Virus record (IMG/VR): IMGVR_UViG_3300010283_000005 | Coordinates: 78,408 to 142,407 of that record | Length of the DNA stretch: 64,000 nt | Direction: 5' to 3' (one strand) | Origin: a virus | Lineage: Duplodnaviria; Caudoviricetes | Part shown: one piece after another, positions 19,295 to 28,364 of the stretch | How positions within the stretch are numbered: the first letter of the stretch is position 1 | How the letters are laid out: every line of letters begins with the position of its first letter | Notes under the pieces: model-generated | Told to the model about the DNA's origin: nothing | The model's input: only the letters and a program-made list of their open reading frames with translations | Databases searched by the model: none | Translations under genes and position numbers: made by a program

Positions 19295-21109
19295 ATGGTG
19301 AAACAGTATAACTGGGACTATAATGATTTCAGTAGTGAAGCTCTACTCAAGAGAGCTGATTATCTGCTGGATGTCATTGATAATATACCTAATAAAGCTA
19401 CTAGCAATGATCTGAAGAAACTACCTAAAGGTCGAGTACTCGTGAACTACGGTCCAGCTAGTGGTAAATCTACTGCAATACGTCAGTATTTGTGCGAAAA
19501 TCAGATGAACTATATAATCTATGCTACAGCTAGGAAAGCTGATGTAGATTCTATGTACTATGACCTACTTGCAATGAAGGAGAAGGGAGTAATCGTCAGG
19601 GAGTGTAGAATTGCTAAGTTCCACTCGAATTATGATCCAGGTGAAGATGCTCTAAGAAGTAGTAATATCCTGATCTGTACTCATGAGAGATTGATGATTG
19701 AACCTCCTTCGATTTTGTATCGATTGACTGGTGATATCCCTAACCATCTAGGTCAAGTGATTCGTAGTGAAATGATTATTGACGAACTTCCTAAATTCTA
19801 CAAATCATTCAAGGTCACTGGGACTCTGATGATGGGGCTAGGCTATGTCAATGATCAACTTGATAAATTCAAGTATGATAAGCGTCAGAGACTAGCCTAC
19901 CGTTATGCTCGATTCAGGAGTCTGATGGAAGCTTATCTTAATGGTGAGAGGATGAGTACTACTGAATGCGGAGCAGTAGTCAGTCTGATGTCTGCTTATC
20001 AAGGTAGTAACATTGTAATCAACGATAATGATAGAGAACGAGCAGTACGTAAATTCGCATACTTCTCCGATCTGCTAGCAGAGAAACTGCTAGAATCCAC
20101 TACAGAAGATGGAGTCATGGATGTTATTGATCGTAATCTGTACTATACTCTGTTAGATATCGAAGTACCTAATATCAAAATCTTCGATGGTACAGGAGAC
20201 CTGATCCTAAGAGGTTCTACTTCGTGGAATATTCAGAAGGATCCTAGATTCAGTCGAGAACTCAAGCTCCGAACTCCAATTCAATCTCTAGATGGTACAT
20301 CTATGATGAGACATGTAGCTAGATCTGAGGATCTAGAATATACTCGAAGTAAGATAGGCAAGTTGATCGATCATATTAGAAGTATCTTATCTCATAAGGA
20401 TGAAAGAGTACTCCTATATACCTGGAAATCGATCAGATTGCACTACAACTACTATGAAGACGAGGATACTGAAGTTGAAGATAATCATACTCCTGATCTG
20501 AAGTATCTTCCTGACTACATTAGAAATCAGTTGACTCCAGATGAGAATGATCGACTAGACATCACTTACTATGGATCAGGTAAGGAGAGAGTCACGTCTG
20601 AATTCTCGAATTGCAATTCAATTGTGATAGCTGGTAAGTTCTTCATACCTAATTCTGCTATTAGTAATTATAATGAAGTCAACTCTACTGAGATCACTTC
20701 ACTTGATTATACAAAATCACTTATTATTCAAGCTATCTACCGTACTGCAGCTAGGCATAATCAAGCTATCAGTATCTATTTCAGTGATGATTACAGTCAA
20801 GATTTGATAAATTCTATCATGAGTGAATTCGATAAGATTACTTTAGGAGATACTGAATGTACTGGATTCTATAAATTCAGTCAGATGATTAATCATACTT
20901 CTAGGAATAAGAAGCATTATGATCATATAGCTAGATACTTCAATCAGATTTATACTGAAGGAGAAGCTATACTTACAGTACCTAAAGGTTCTACTGGTAG
21001 TTTTACTAGGGATTATAAGATAGCTATTCAGACTTTAGTTAAGGATTCACCTATTATCTATCAGAATATAGATAATAGTAATCAATTCAAATTATTATAC
21101 AAAGGGTGA
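19295..21109 (+). CDS. SF2 helicase-like protein, possibly origin-binding
   Basis: GPASGKST (Walker A), ICTHE, IIDE (Walker B), FDGTG and QAIYR. Confidence 0.6.
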   Translation: MVKQYNWDYNDFSSEALLKRADYLLDVIDNIPNKATSNDLKKLPKGRVLVNYGPASGKSTAIRQYLCENQMNYIIYATARKADVDSMYYDLLAMKEKGVIVRECRIAKFHSNYDPGEDALRSSNILICTHERLMIEPPSILYRLTGDIPNHLGQVIRSEMIIDELPKFYKSFKVTGTLMMGLGYVNDQLDKFKYDKRQRLAYRYARFRSLMEAYLNGERMSTTECGAVVSLMSAYQGSNIVINDNDRERAVRKFAYFSDLLAEKLLESTTEDGVMDVIDRNLYYTLLDIEVPNIKIFDGTGDLILRGSTSWNIQKDPRFSRELKLRTPIQSLDGTSMMRHVARSEDLEYTRSKIGKLIDHIRSILSHKDERVLLYTWKSIRLHYNYYEDEDTEVEDNHTPDLKYLPDYIRNQLTPDENDRLDITYYGSGKERVTSEFSNCNSIVIAGKFFIPNSAISNYNEVNSTEITSLDYTKSLIIQAIYRTAARHNQAISIYFSDDYSQDLINSIMSEFDKITLGDTECTGFYKFSQMINHTSRNKKHYDHIARYFNQIYTEGEAILTVPKGSTGSFTRDYKIAIQTLVKDSPIIYQNIDNSNQFKLLYKG

Positions 21110-21197
21110 ATTACCTTACCTTAAAAAGTATATAATAATAAATAATATATTATAATTATTAATTTAATTATAATAGATAGATAAGGAGATAAGAATT

Positions 21198-21398
21198 ATG
21201 AGTAAAGTTAGCATTCAGATGAATGATCAATCTATCAGAGATAGAGTAAAGGAGAATGATGGATACTGTATTTGTTCATTAGTTAGAACTGAAGATACTA
21301 AATGCATGTGTAAGGAATTCAGATCTACTGAAGCTACTTCAGAAGGAGTAACTTGCCATTGTGGATTGTACACTAAGTATCTCAAGGAGGATGAGTAA
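21198..21398 (+). CDS. Ferredoxin-thioredoxin reductase catalytic subunit-like protein
   Basis: GYCIC...CMC...CHCGLY matches the CxC/CxC/CHC spacing of the FTR beta chain. Confidence 0.75.
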   Translation: MSKVSIQMNDQSIRDRVKENDGYCICSLVRTEDTKCMCKEFRSTEATSEGVTCHCGLYTKYLKEDE

Positions 21399-22300
21399 TG
21401 AAGAGAGTCTTATTCACACATATTGATCTCGATGGAGTAGGTAGTAGGCTTATGGTTCAGCTAATCTATCCTGATATTGAGATTTATCATGTAGATTACA
21501 ATTTTGAATCAGATATGAATAATCGTAAGATTATGGCTGATGCTGATTCGATCATCTTCACTGATATCTCAATCAATCGAGATATGGCTGAGTTACTAGA
21601 GTCTACTAGACAGCAGGGTAAGGAATTACTGCTGCTTGATCATCATGCATCTGCACTCGAAAATTTAGGTGACTTAGGGTACGAGTGGCTACATATAGAT
21701 ACTTCTCAGTCAGGAGCACTACTTGCCTACCATTACTTTGAGAATGAGATCAAGTCTAAGTATCCTAATGATGCTGCCAATTATGAGATAGTCGCTAAGC
21801 TAGTAAGTGACTATGACCTATGGGAGCATAAGTACTCTCAGTCAGTAGTTCTTCAGTTTTACTGGAGCAAGGTAGGCAATGAGGATTTCATCAGGAGATT
21901 CCTTCAGAACTCGAGTGCAGTATTCACTCCTGAGGAGCAATCTCTCATCAAGGAATCTGAGGACGCATTAGCAGAATCGTATCAGATTGCATCATCCAAT
22001 ATGGAATGGGAGACTGATAGCTATGGTAGGAAGTGGATCCTGATCAAGAACATCGGATTGATGTACAGCTTAGTAGCATCGAGAATTCTTAAGGAGAATC
22101 CTGATGCAGTCTACTGCGTAGTAATGGGTAAGAAGAATAACCTCAGTTTTAGAAGTACTGGATTTGATGTCAAGTCTATTGCTGAGAAGCTAGGCGGTGG
22201 AGGGCATCCTCAAGCCGCTGGATGCTCGATTCCTCAAGGATTGATTGATATTCCATCATCAGTCAATTATCAGGAATGGGCTGAATATCCGTTCAAGTAG
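21398..22300 (+). CDS. DHH-family phosphoesterase
   Basis: HIDLDG, FTD, LDHH, DYDLW and GGGGHPQAAG (DHHA1). Confidence 0.9.
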   Translation: MKRVLFTHIDLDGVGSRLMVQLIYPDIEIYHVDYNFESDMNNRKIMADADSIIFTDISINRDMAELLESTRQQGKELLLLDHHASALENLGDLGYEWLHIDTSQSGALLAYHYFENEIKSKYPNDAANYEIVAKLVSDYDLWEHKYSQSVVLQFYWSKVGNEDFIRRFLQNSSAVFTPEEQSLIKESEDALAESYQIASSNMEWETDSYGRKWILIKNIGLMYSLVASRILKENPDAVYCVVMGKKNNLSFRSTGFDVKSIAEKLGGGGHPQAAGCSIPQGLIDIPSSVNYQEWAEYPFK

Positions 22301-22320
22301 CTAAATAAAGCTATCGTTCG

Positions 22321-22349
22321 GAGCAAATTAAGTAATTGAGACGTTTATA
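22321..22349 (+). promoter_or_regulatory. Phage-type promoter
   Basis: GAGC-N17-CGTTTATA. Confidence 0.8.
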
Positions 22350-22377
22350 CTTGTGAAGTTTGAAAGGAGGTACGTAA

Positions 22378-24240
22378 ATGTCTGATAAAGTGGTAGAAAT
22401 TCCTGAGTCTAGAGAAGCTACGGAAATCGTAGGTCAGTGCTACACTGAGTTGTCCAAGTATGTTACTAAGACTAGAGCCTACGCATCTGCAGTTGATGGA
22501 CTCAAGACCGTCTATCGTCGAGTAATCTATGCATCTGCTGGTTATCACAAGCGAGTGAAATCTGCGTCCATTGTAGGTGATGCGATCAAATTCCATCCTC
22601 ATGGTGATGCATCAGTGTACGATGCTCTAGTTCAGATGACTTGCGAATTTGGTAGATTTCCATTATACGATAAGAAAGGTAACTTTGGTGGACAAGGTCA
22701 GGGATATGCAGCAATGCGATATACTGAAGCTTGCCTATCTGAGATGGCTAGGCTGATGTATCTTGAGCTTATCGATTATGCTGAAATGATCGATGGTGAA
22801 GCTGGTTATCCTGAGCCTAAATACCTTCCTGCATTGATTCCTTATTGTCTGCTGGTAGGTACTACTGCAATTCCAGTAGGTATGCCAGTGCCTAATATTC
22901 CATCGTTCAATGCGATCGAGTTGATCGATTATTACATCGGAATGCTGGAAGGTACTAATCCTCAGTATCCTACTCCTGACTTAGGAGAGATCATCTTGGA
23001 TTGTGGCAGAGAGGATGTCATCAATCCTTTGATCAAGAATGGCGAGGGTAGGCTGTGGTACAAAGGGCTCATCATTCAGGAAGATACAAATAAGTTTGTA
23101 GTCACTGCTGAAACTCCTAACTGCAATTTCTGGAAGTTGAAGAGTAAGGTTGACCACTGGATCGATCAGGAAGTTCTTGATTACATTGATGAGACTGATG
23201 GTAATGGTGATCGTCATGTCTTCATCATTACTAATCCTGCTAAGCTAAGTCCTGATGAGCTCAAACATACTCTTGAGAGAGCACTGAAATGCTCAGTCAA
23301 CTATAGATTCATTCTTGAGGATAATGAGCATGCGATCTACTGCGGATTCGATGACATCGTTGCCAAGAATCTTAAGTATCTGAGAGAATGCGCAGTACGT
23401 AAGTTCCAGGATTGTTCTCAGAAGACTCAGTCTCGATTGAGCATTCTGCAAGCAATCAGAGATTTCAAGAATGCTGGATATGTTGATGGAATGGATAAGC
23501 GTTCTGATGAAGATGCTATTGCTAAAGTGGTAAGCTTAGGCTATGAGGAGTGGGTCGGTAAGACTATGCTTGATAAGCCTATGAAGTATCTGACTCGATC
23601 TCATGATGAAGAGATTGTAGCACTGCAGGACGAATTAGCATCATATCAGAATTACCTTGCTAATCCTGATGAGTACTTGCTGACACTCTATCATAGACTT
23701 AGAGATATGGTACTGCCAATCTACAATAAGAAAGGTCATAGTATCGTAGCTTCTGAGCTTGCTAATATCAAGCCTAAGTATGCTAAGTTGGATATTGATG
23801 CTCAGCTGATCCAAATCTCTGAGGATGCTGAGGGAGGAGTTCAGTGGAATAGACAGTTGTTCTTAGTAGCAAATGAAGGTACGGTGACTAGCAAATATGT
23901 TGCATCAAGAACTGCTACTGATGTGGATTTGACTTCAGAAGAGGTCAGATATTCAGGAATCGGCTCTGATAAGGGTAAATACCTAGTAGTAGTCCTTGAT
24001 CGTAATTTGTTCGTTAAGCAGATCGATAGCCTAGGTGGATCTAGACAGAGATTCAAATCCTGGGATGGTCTAGAAGTGACTAAGGTATTCACTTCTAAGT
24101 CCGAAGATATTAGAGTGATCGATGAACGAGGTAACTCAATTGATATCCATCTGGCGGATTGGGAGAAGTCCCGAATCTCAAATCCGATCAGAGCTACTAA
24201 ATATACAATTACGGAGATCCAGGAGATTGAGCGTAGTTGA
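22378..24240 (+). CDS. Type II DNA topoisomerase subunit A (GyrA/ParC-like)
   Basis: DGLKTVYRR, KSASIVG, HPHGD, GNFG and AAMRYTE (catalytic Tyr). Confidence 0.95.
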   Translation: MSDKVVEIPESREATEIVGQCYTELSKYVTKTRAYASAVDGLKTVYRRVIYASAGYHKRVKSASIVGDAIKFHPHGDASVYDALVQMTCEFGRFPLYDKKGNFGGQGQGYAAMRYTEACLSEMARLMYLELIDYAEMIDGEAGYPEPKYLPALIPYCLLVGTTAIPVGMPVPNIPSFNAIELIDYYIGMLEGTNPQYPTPDLGEIILDCGREDVINPLIKNGEGRLWYKGLIIQEDTNKFVVTAETPNCNFWKLKSKVDHWIDQEVLDYIDETDGNGDRHVFIITNPAKLSPDELKHTLERALKCSVNYRFILEDNEHAIYCGFDDIVAKNLKYLRECAVRKFQDCSQKTQSRLSILQAIRDFKNAGYVDGMDKRSDEDAIAKVVSLGYEEWVGKTMLDKPMKYLTRSHDEEIVALQDELASYQNYLANPDEYLLTLYHRLRDMVLPIYNKKGHSIVASELANIKPKYAKLDIDAQLIQISEDAEGGVQWNRQLFLVANEGTVTSKYVASRTATDVDLTSEEVRYSGIGSDKGKYLVVVLDRNLFVKQIDSLGGSRQRFKSWDGLEVTKVFTSKSEDIRVIDERGNSIDIHLADWEKSRISNPIRATKYTITEIQEIERS

Positions 24241-24748
24241 TCTGACATTCAAGTTCTGCAATTTCAAGCCAGTATCAGTAAACGATGCTTACGTGCCTAC
24301 TGCTAGGAAACGTAAGAAATATGGTGGAGGATTTGGAGGAGCATTCCTGAGAAAATCTGATGCATTGAGGAACTGGCAAGATAAGATTCAGAAATCCTTC
24401 GATGATGAATTCTTCTATACAAAAGATTATCTTGATACCTTAGCTTCATGGATCAATGGCATGAAGCTAGGCTTGAATCTGCAACTTAAAATAAGTATTC
24501 CTGAGGAGGAGTACTGGTCAGAGGATTATACTTTATACCGAAATGATGCTAGTAATTTCATCAAAGCAATCGAGGACTCTGTCGCTAGGGGAATCGGAGT
24601 TGATGATACTAAGAATATCAGAGTAATGGTAGAGAAGGGATATAACGAGGATGGAATCTGGTACATAGAAGCTCACCTGTCAGAGACTTCTACAAATAAT
24701 AAGATCGACGTAGACATACGTGGTGCATACTATAATCAGGAGGAATAA
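24227..24748 (+). CDS. RusA-like Holliday junction resolvase
   Basis: PVSVNDAY...DASNFIKAIEDSV..GIGVDD pattern; probable TTG start at 24227. Confidence 0.7.
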   Translation: MSVVDLTFKFCNFKPVSVNDAYVPTARKRKKYGGGFGGAFLRKSDALRNWQDKIQKSFDDEFFYTKDYLDTLASWINGMKLGLNLQLKISIPEEEYWSEDYTLYRNDASNFIKAIEDSVARGIGVDDTKNIRVMVEKGYNEDGIWYIEAHLSETSTNNKIDVDIRGAYYNQEE

Positions 24749-24751
24749 ACT

Positions 24752-25087
24752 ATGGCTAATGAAATTCGAATTGATGACATGGCTACTAAAGTAGCTGAAT
24801 CACTGAAAACTTCTGGAATTGAGATGAGTGATTCAGTAGTCAAGCTTATCATTGAAGGCTATGTCACTCAGAAACGTGAGCAGTTCCTTATGGGTAACGC
24901 AGTAGTCGAAGATGGCATTGGTACTCAGAGACCTGGCTATCGTCGAGTATCTAATGCATTCAATCCAAGATACCCGTACACTGCTAAGATGATTACTGAT
25001 ATCGATTATGGGCTGAAAGATGCTATCATCGAGAAACTCAGTACTGATGGAGAATTCCGAGTAGCAGTAGGTGCTACCGAATTATAA
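24752..25087 (+). CDS. HU/IHF-like DNA-binding protein (divergent)
   Basis: Helical N-terminus, then V..DGIGT..PGYRR...FNPR arm-like segment. Confidence 0.45.
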   Translation: MANEIRIDDMATKVAESLKTSGIEMSDSVVKLIIEGYVTQKREQFLMGNAVVEDGIGTQRPGYRRVSNAFNPRYPYTAKMITDIDYGLKDAIIEKLSTDGEFRVAVGATEL

Positions 25088-25102
25088 GGAGGATAAACTA
25101 AT

Positions 25103-26116
25103 ATGAAAGAATTTAATGAGAAGTTTGACATCACCAAGGTAGTGACTCCCTTGACGGAGCTCATCGTAGTCGATCCTGACACAGTTCAGGACTCTGGCAA
25201 GAACTATTATTCACTGAGCTCGGATGCAGCTAAACGACTTGCTAGCGTCACTAGTATGAACAATGCTACGTTCAGCCGTAAGCTGTATCAGACTGATGCT
25301 GAGTGCTGGAGAATGCTCTTCAATAAGAAGACTTCTCTCAAGGAAGTAGCAGAACTTATGGCTAAGAATAATGCAGTACTGGTCGATGACAGTATGCTGA
25401 TGCTGGCTGAAGGAGATACTCATATCGAGGATGTAGTTCGTAGTATCAATAAGTTTGTCGAGGATGATTCCTTGAGTACTTGCTATCAGCTGTATGATCA
25501 GAATCAGCTTATGGTAATTGCTACCAATGCTGAAACTCATCGTGGAGTACTGATTCAGTACTATATGTCTGCTAATTGGGTTGTAGTATCTAACTGCTAC
25601 TTCAATAAAGCTGAGAAGCATTTCTTCATCTCTCCGTTTACTGAGCTCGATGTACGAGTTGATGAGGATATTGAAGCTCTGATGGAGAAAGATACTCTGA
25701 TCTCTAATAGTGGAGCATTTATCGAGATGGTTCTTGATAAGAATCGAGAGAGAATGGCTAATACATACATGTCTGTCGAGGAGTTCTGCTGGTACATGAA
25801 GAAACTGTTCAAGATCAAGCTGACTATCGACAAATTCAGTATTTTTGATTATGCAGCTGATCATGAGGAACTCAGTGGTCGAGCTACTCAGCTGATGTCT
25901 GATCTGATCGATAAGTTCTATATCGATGATACTGATCCGATGCTGGTGAATGCAGCATGGCTGAAGAAGTCTATTCAGATGACTCGCATTAGTTATCAGG
26001 ATTTCAGCAATCTGCTTGAAACTTTAGTCATCGAGGATGTGATTCCAGTGAATGTGCTTCAGGACTTCCAGTCCAAGGTTATCAAGAAGGATACTCATTA
26101 TAATCAGCTCAACTAA
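25103..26116 (+). CDS. Hypothetical protein
   Basis: 337-aa ORF with AAGGAGG RBS; no motif recognised. Confidence 0.7.
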   Translation: MKEFNEKFDITKVVTPLTELIVVDPDTVQDSGKNYYSLSSDAAKRLASVTSMNNATFSRKLYQTDAECWRMLFNKKTSLKEVAELMAKNNAVLVDDSMLMLAEGDTHIEDVVRSINKFVEDDSLSTCYQLYDQNQLMVIATNAETHRGVLIQYYMSANWVVVSNCYFNKAEKHFFISPFTELDVRVDEDIEALMEKDTLISNSGAFIEMVLDKNRERMANTYMSVEEFCWYMKKLFKIKLTIDKFSIFDYAADHEELSGRATQLMSDLIDKFYIDDTDPMLVNAAWLKKSIQMTRISYQDFSNLLETLVIEDVIPVNVLQDFQSKVIKKDTHYNQLN

Positions 26117-26149
26117 TTCGAAAAATTTACTAAATAAAGTGATATTTCG

Positions 26150-26178
26150 GAGCAAATTAGCCTGTTCGGACGTTTATA
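26150..26178 (+). promoter_or_regulatory. Phage-type promoter
   Basis: GAGC-N17-CGTTTATA. Confidence 0.8.
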
Positions 26179-26246
26179 TGTTTGGAAAGGTTGGAAAGCA
26201 AGCAACCTTGCTAAGAAACTTAATTCAAATATGGAGGATAACGAAC

Positions 26247-26786
26247 ATGGAAGAAGCAATGGTAATGACAGAAGACATAAGGAAGGCATTTGAGCCTAGA
26301 ATCCAGCAACTGAATGCAATCGCTGAGGAGCTGATCGCTACAAATACGAAGGATGAGTACGGGTACCTGGTAACAGGAATCTCTAAGCTCACTTCAATGA
26401 TGCTGGATTGCGAGCAGTACAACACGGAGATTGATCCTGATGGTGAGGCTATCCTGACGGAGCGAGTGGTCAAAGTTAATCGCTACATCAAGAATGTGTT
26501 TCTTGACCTGCATGGTGTGGATCGTACCGTAGTCGGAGGATTGTTCATCGCAGTCCCAGTGTATCTGCTCCCTGCGAATAAGGTGAACAAGGCGATCAAG
26601 AACCGATACAAATCAGTGATCAATCCTGAGGAGTATGGACTTCCTAGTGAGGAAGTGTGCAACTACTGCACATTCAAACCGATCTCTGCAACTGCGTACA
26701 TGGCAGTAGCTAAGTTTGAGGGCAACTATGCCAACGAGCTGATTACCACTGCACGAAACTATGATTACGTTTACCTCAAGAAATAA
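26247..26786 (+). CDS. Hypothetical protein
   Basis: ATG 26247 after GGAGG and downstream of a promoter; the longer ORF-track start overlaps the promoter. Confidence 0.7.
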   Translation: MEEAMVMTEDIRKAFEPRIQQLNAIAEELIATNTKDEYGYLVTGISKLTSMMLDCEQYNTEIDPDGEAILTERVVKVNRYIKNVFLDLHGVDRTVVGGLFIAVPVYLLPANKVNKAIKNRYKSVINPEEYGLPSEEVCNYCTFKPISATAYMAVAKFEGNYANELITTARNYDYVYLKK

Positions 26787-26800
26787 GAGGGACCTGAGAT

Positions 26801-28306
26801 ATGATAGAGATACTCAACAATTTCCTCAAGGTGAGAAGCTCCGATAAGGAGCTTTTCTCTATCCTTAAGGATTATCTCCGTATCGTCGATGATTCTGATA
26901 AAGACAATGTTATCCTTCAAGACTTGTTTACAGTAGACGATAACGGAGACATGCTCATCCCTCGAGGTCTCGATCAGTTTATTCCAGATCAAGTCCCTAG
27001 GGTGAATCAGGAGAAGATTCTGATACCTAGGGACTTTTCTATTGATTACGAAAACCTAGCTCATAAATTCGGTAGCATTGTAATGAGAGATGATCAGTTA
27101 ATTGGTATCAGAAAGATGCTTATGCTAAGACGAGGTATCATGCAGTTAGCTACTGGAGCAGGTAAAACGGAAATCATGACAGGATTCCTGATGGCACTCG
27201 AGGAGATATGTGGTAAATATCCTACCACGATTATACTTGAGCCTACTACTTTGCTAGTTGATGCAACTGTAGAGAGGATGAATAAGTACGGAGTACCTGC
27301 AGTGCCTTATTCTGAATCTAGAGGAGTGATCGAAGGGATCATGGTCACTCACCCTAGCTCACTTAATAATGATCTCAAGAAGAATCCAGACTTACTGAAG
27401 AATCTGAAAGTATTCCTTAGTGATGAAGGTCATCATCTGCAGGCAGATACTTGGAATCGCTTACTGAAGAGTGCTCCTGGTATCGAATTCAGCATAGCTA
27501 TGTCAGCCTCAGTAATTAACCCTGCTAGGATTCCAGTGACTGAGCTTAATCACTTGGATTATGGCGAAGCACTAGTGATCGGAGCTACTGGCAATATCAT
27601 ACTGAACATACCTCCATCATTCTACATCGAAGCTGGAATTCTAGCTACTCCAATTCTGTACCGAATCATGAATAGTGCTGATGAATGGATCAAGCGAGAT
27701 AATGATTGGCATCAGATTCGTAAGTATCGATTGGAATCTCCTAAGCGTACTATGCTTCTAGCTAAAATCTCGACATTCTTAGCTAGTGTCCATTATAAGA
27801 GCCTGATCCTAGTAGGTACTAAGGAGCATGCATATCGTATCCTGGAGCTAGTACATTCCTATGGATTAGGAGATGTCTGCAGATGCTCATTCGGAGGAGG
27901 AGTGTACTTCAAGTACGATAATCAGTCAGATAAAGTAGTCAAATGCAAGAATGAGGATACTATGGATGGCTTTAAATCTGGGGAGTTCAAGATTCTGATC
28001 GGTACTTCTCATATCTATGAAGGAGCTGATATCCCTGACTTGGATGTGATTATTCTAGCTAGTGTAGGCAAGGGACTGAGGAAGTACATTCAGGGAGTAG
28101 GTAGAGGACTTCGTAGAAGCAAGACAGGTAAGTATGCTCATATTGTTGACTTTACTGATCATTATGATCGAGTTCTAAATAAGCATAGCTTGGATAGACT
28201 AGACATGTTCAGAACTGTGATTGGAGTCAGCGATACTAACATCTATGAATCCTTGAGTTTTGAGAGATTCAAGGAAGTATTCTGTAGAATCGAAGGAATC
28301 TGCTGA
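26801..28306 (+). CDS. SF2 DNA helicase (UvsW-like)
   Basis: LATGAGKT, DEGHH, MSAS, EGADIP and QGVGRGLR. Confidence 0.9.
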   Translation: MIEILNNFLKVRSSDKELFSILKDYLRIVDDSDKDNVILQDLFTVDDNGDMLIPRGLDQFIPDQVPRVNQEKILIPRDFSIDYENLAHKFGSIVMRDDQLIGIRKMLMLRRGIMQLATGAGKTEIMTGFLMALEEICGKYPTTIILEPTTLLVDATVERMNKYGVPAVPYSESRGVIEGIMVTHPSSLNNDLKKNPDLLKNLKVFLSDEGHHLQADTWNRLLKSAPGIEFSIAMSASVINPARIPVTELNHLDYGEALVIGATGNIILNIPPSFYIEAGILATPILYRIMNSADEWIKRDNDWHQIRKYRLESPKRTMLLAKISTFLASVHYKSLILVGTKEHAYRILELVHSYGLGDVCRCSFGGGVYFKYDNQSDKVVKCKNEDTMDGFKSGEFKILIGTSHIYEGADIPDLDVIILASVGKGLRKYIQGVGRGLRRSKTGKYAHIVDFTDHYDRVLNKHSLDRLDMFRTVIGVSDTNIYESLSFERFKEVFCRIEGIC

Positions 28307-28335
28307 GAGCTCAATGAAGCTCTAGAACGTTTATA
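28307..28335 (+). promoter_or_regulatory. Phage-type promoter
   Basis: GAGC-N17-CGTTTATA. Confidence 0.8.
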
Positions 28336-28364
28336 CTTGTGTAAGTTGAAGGAGGTAGCTTAAA

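Noticed and set aside
25211-25864. Long antisense ORFs (also 41017-41808, 58243-58764, 13847-14293 and other nested short ORFs)
   Set aside because: They are shadows of well-supported plus-strand genes.
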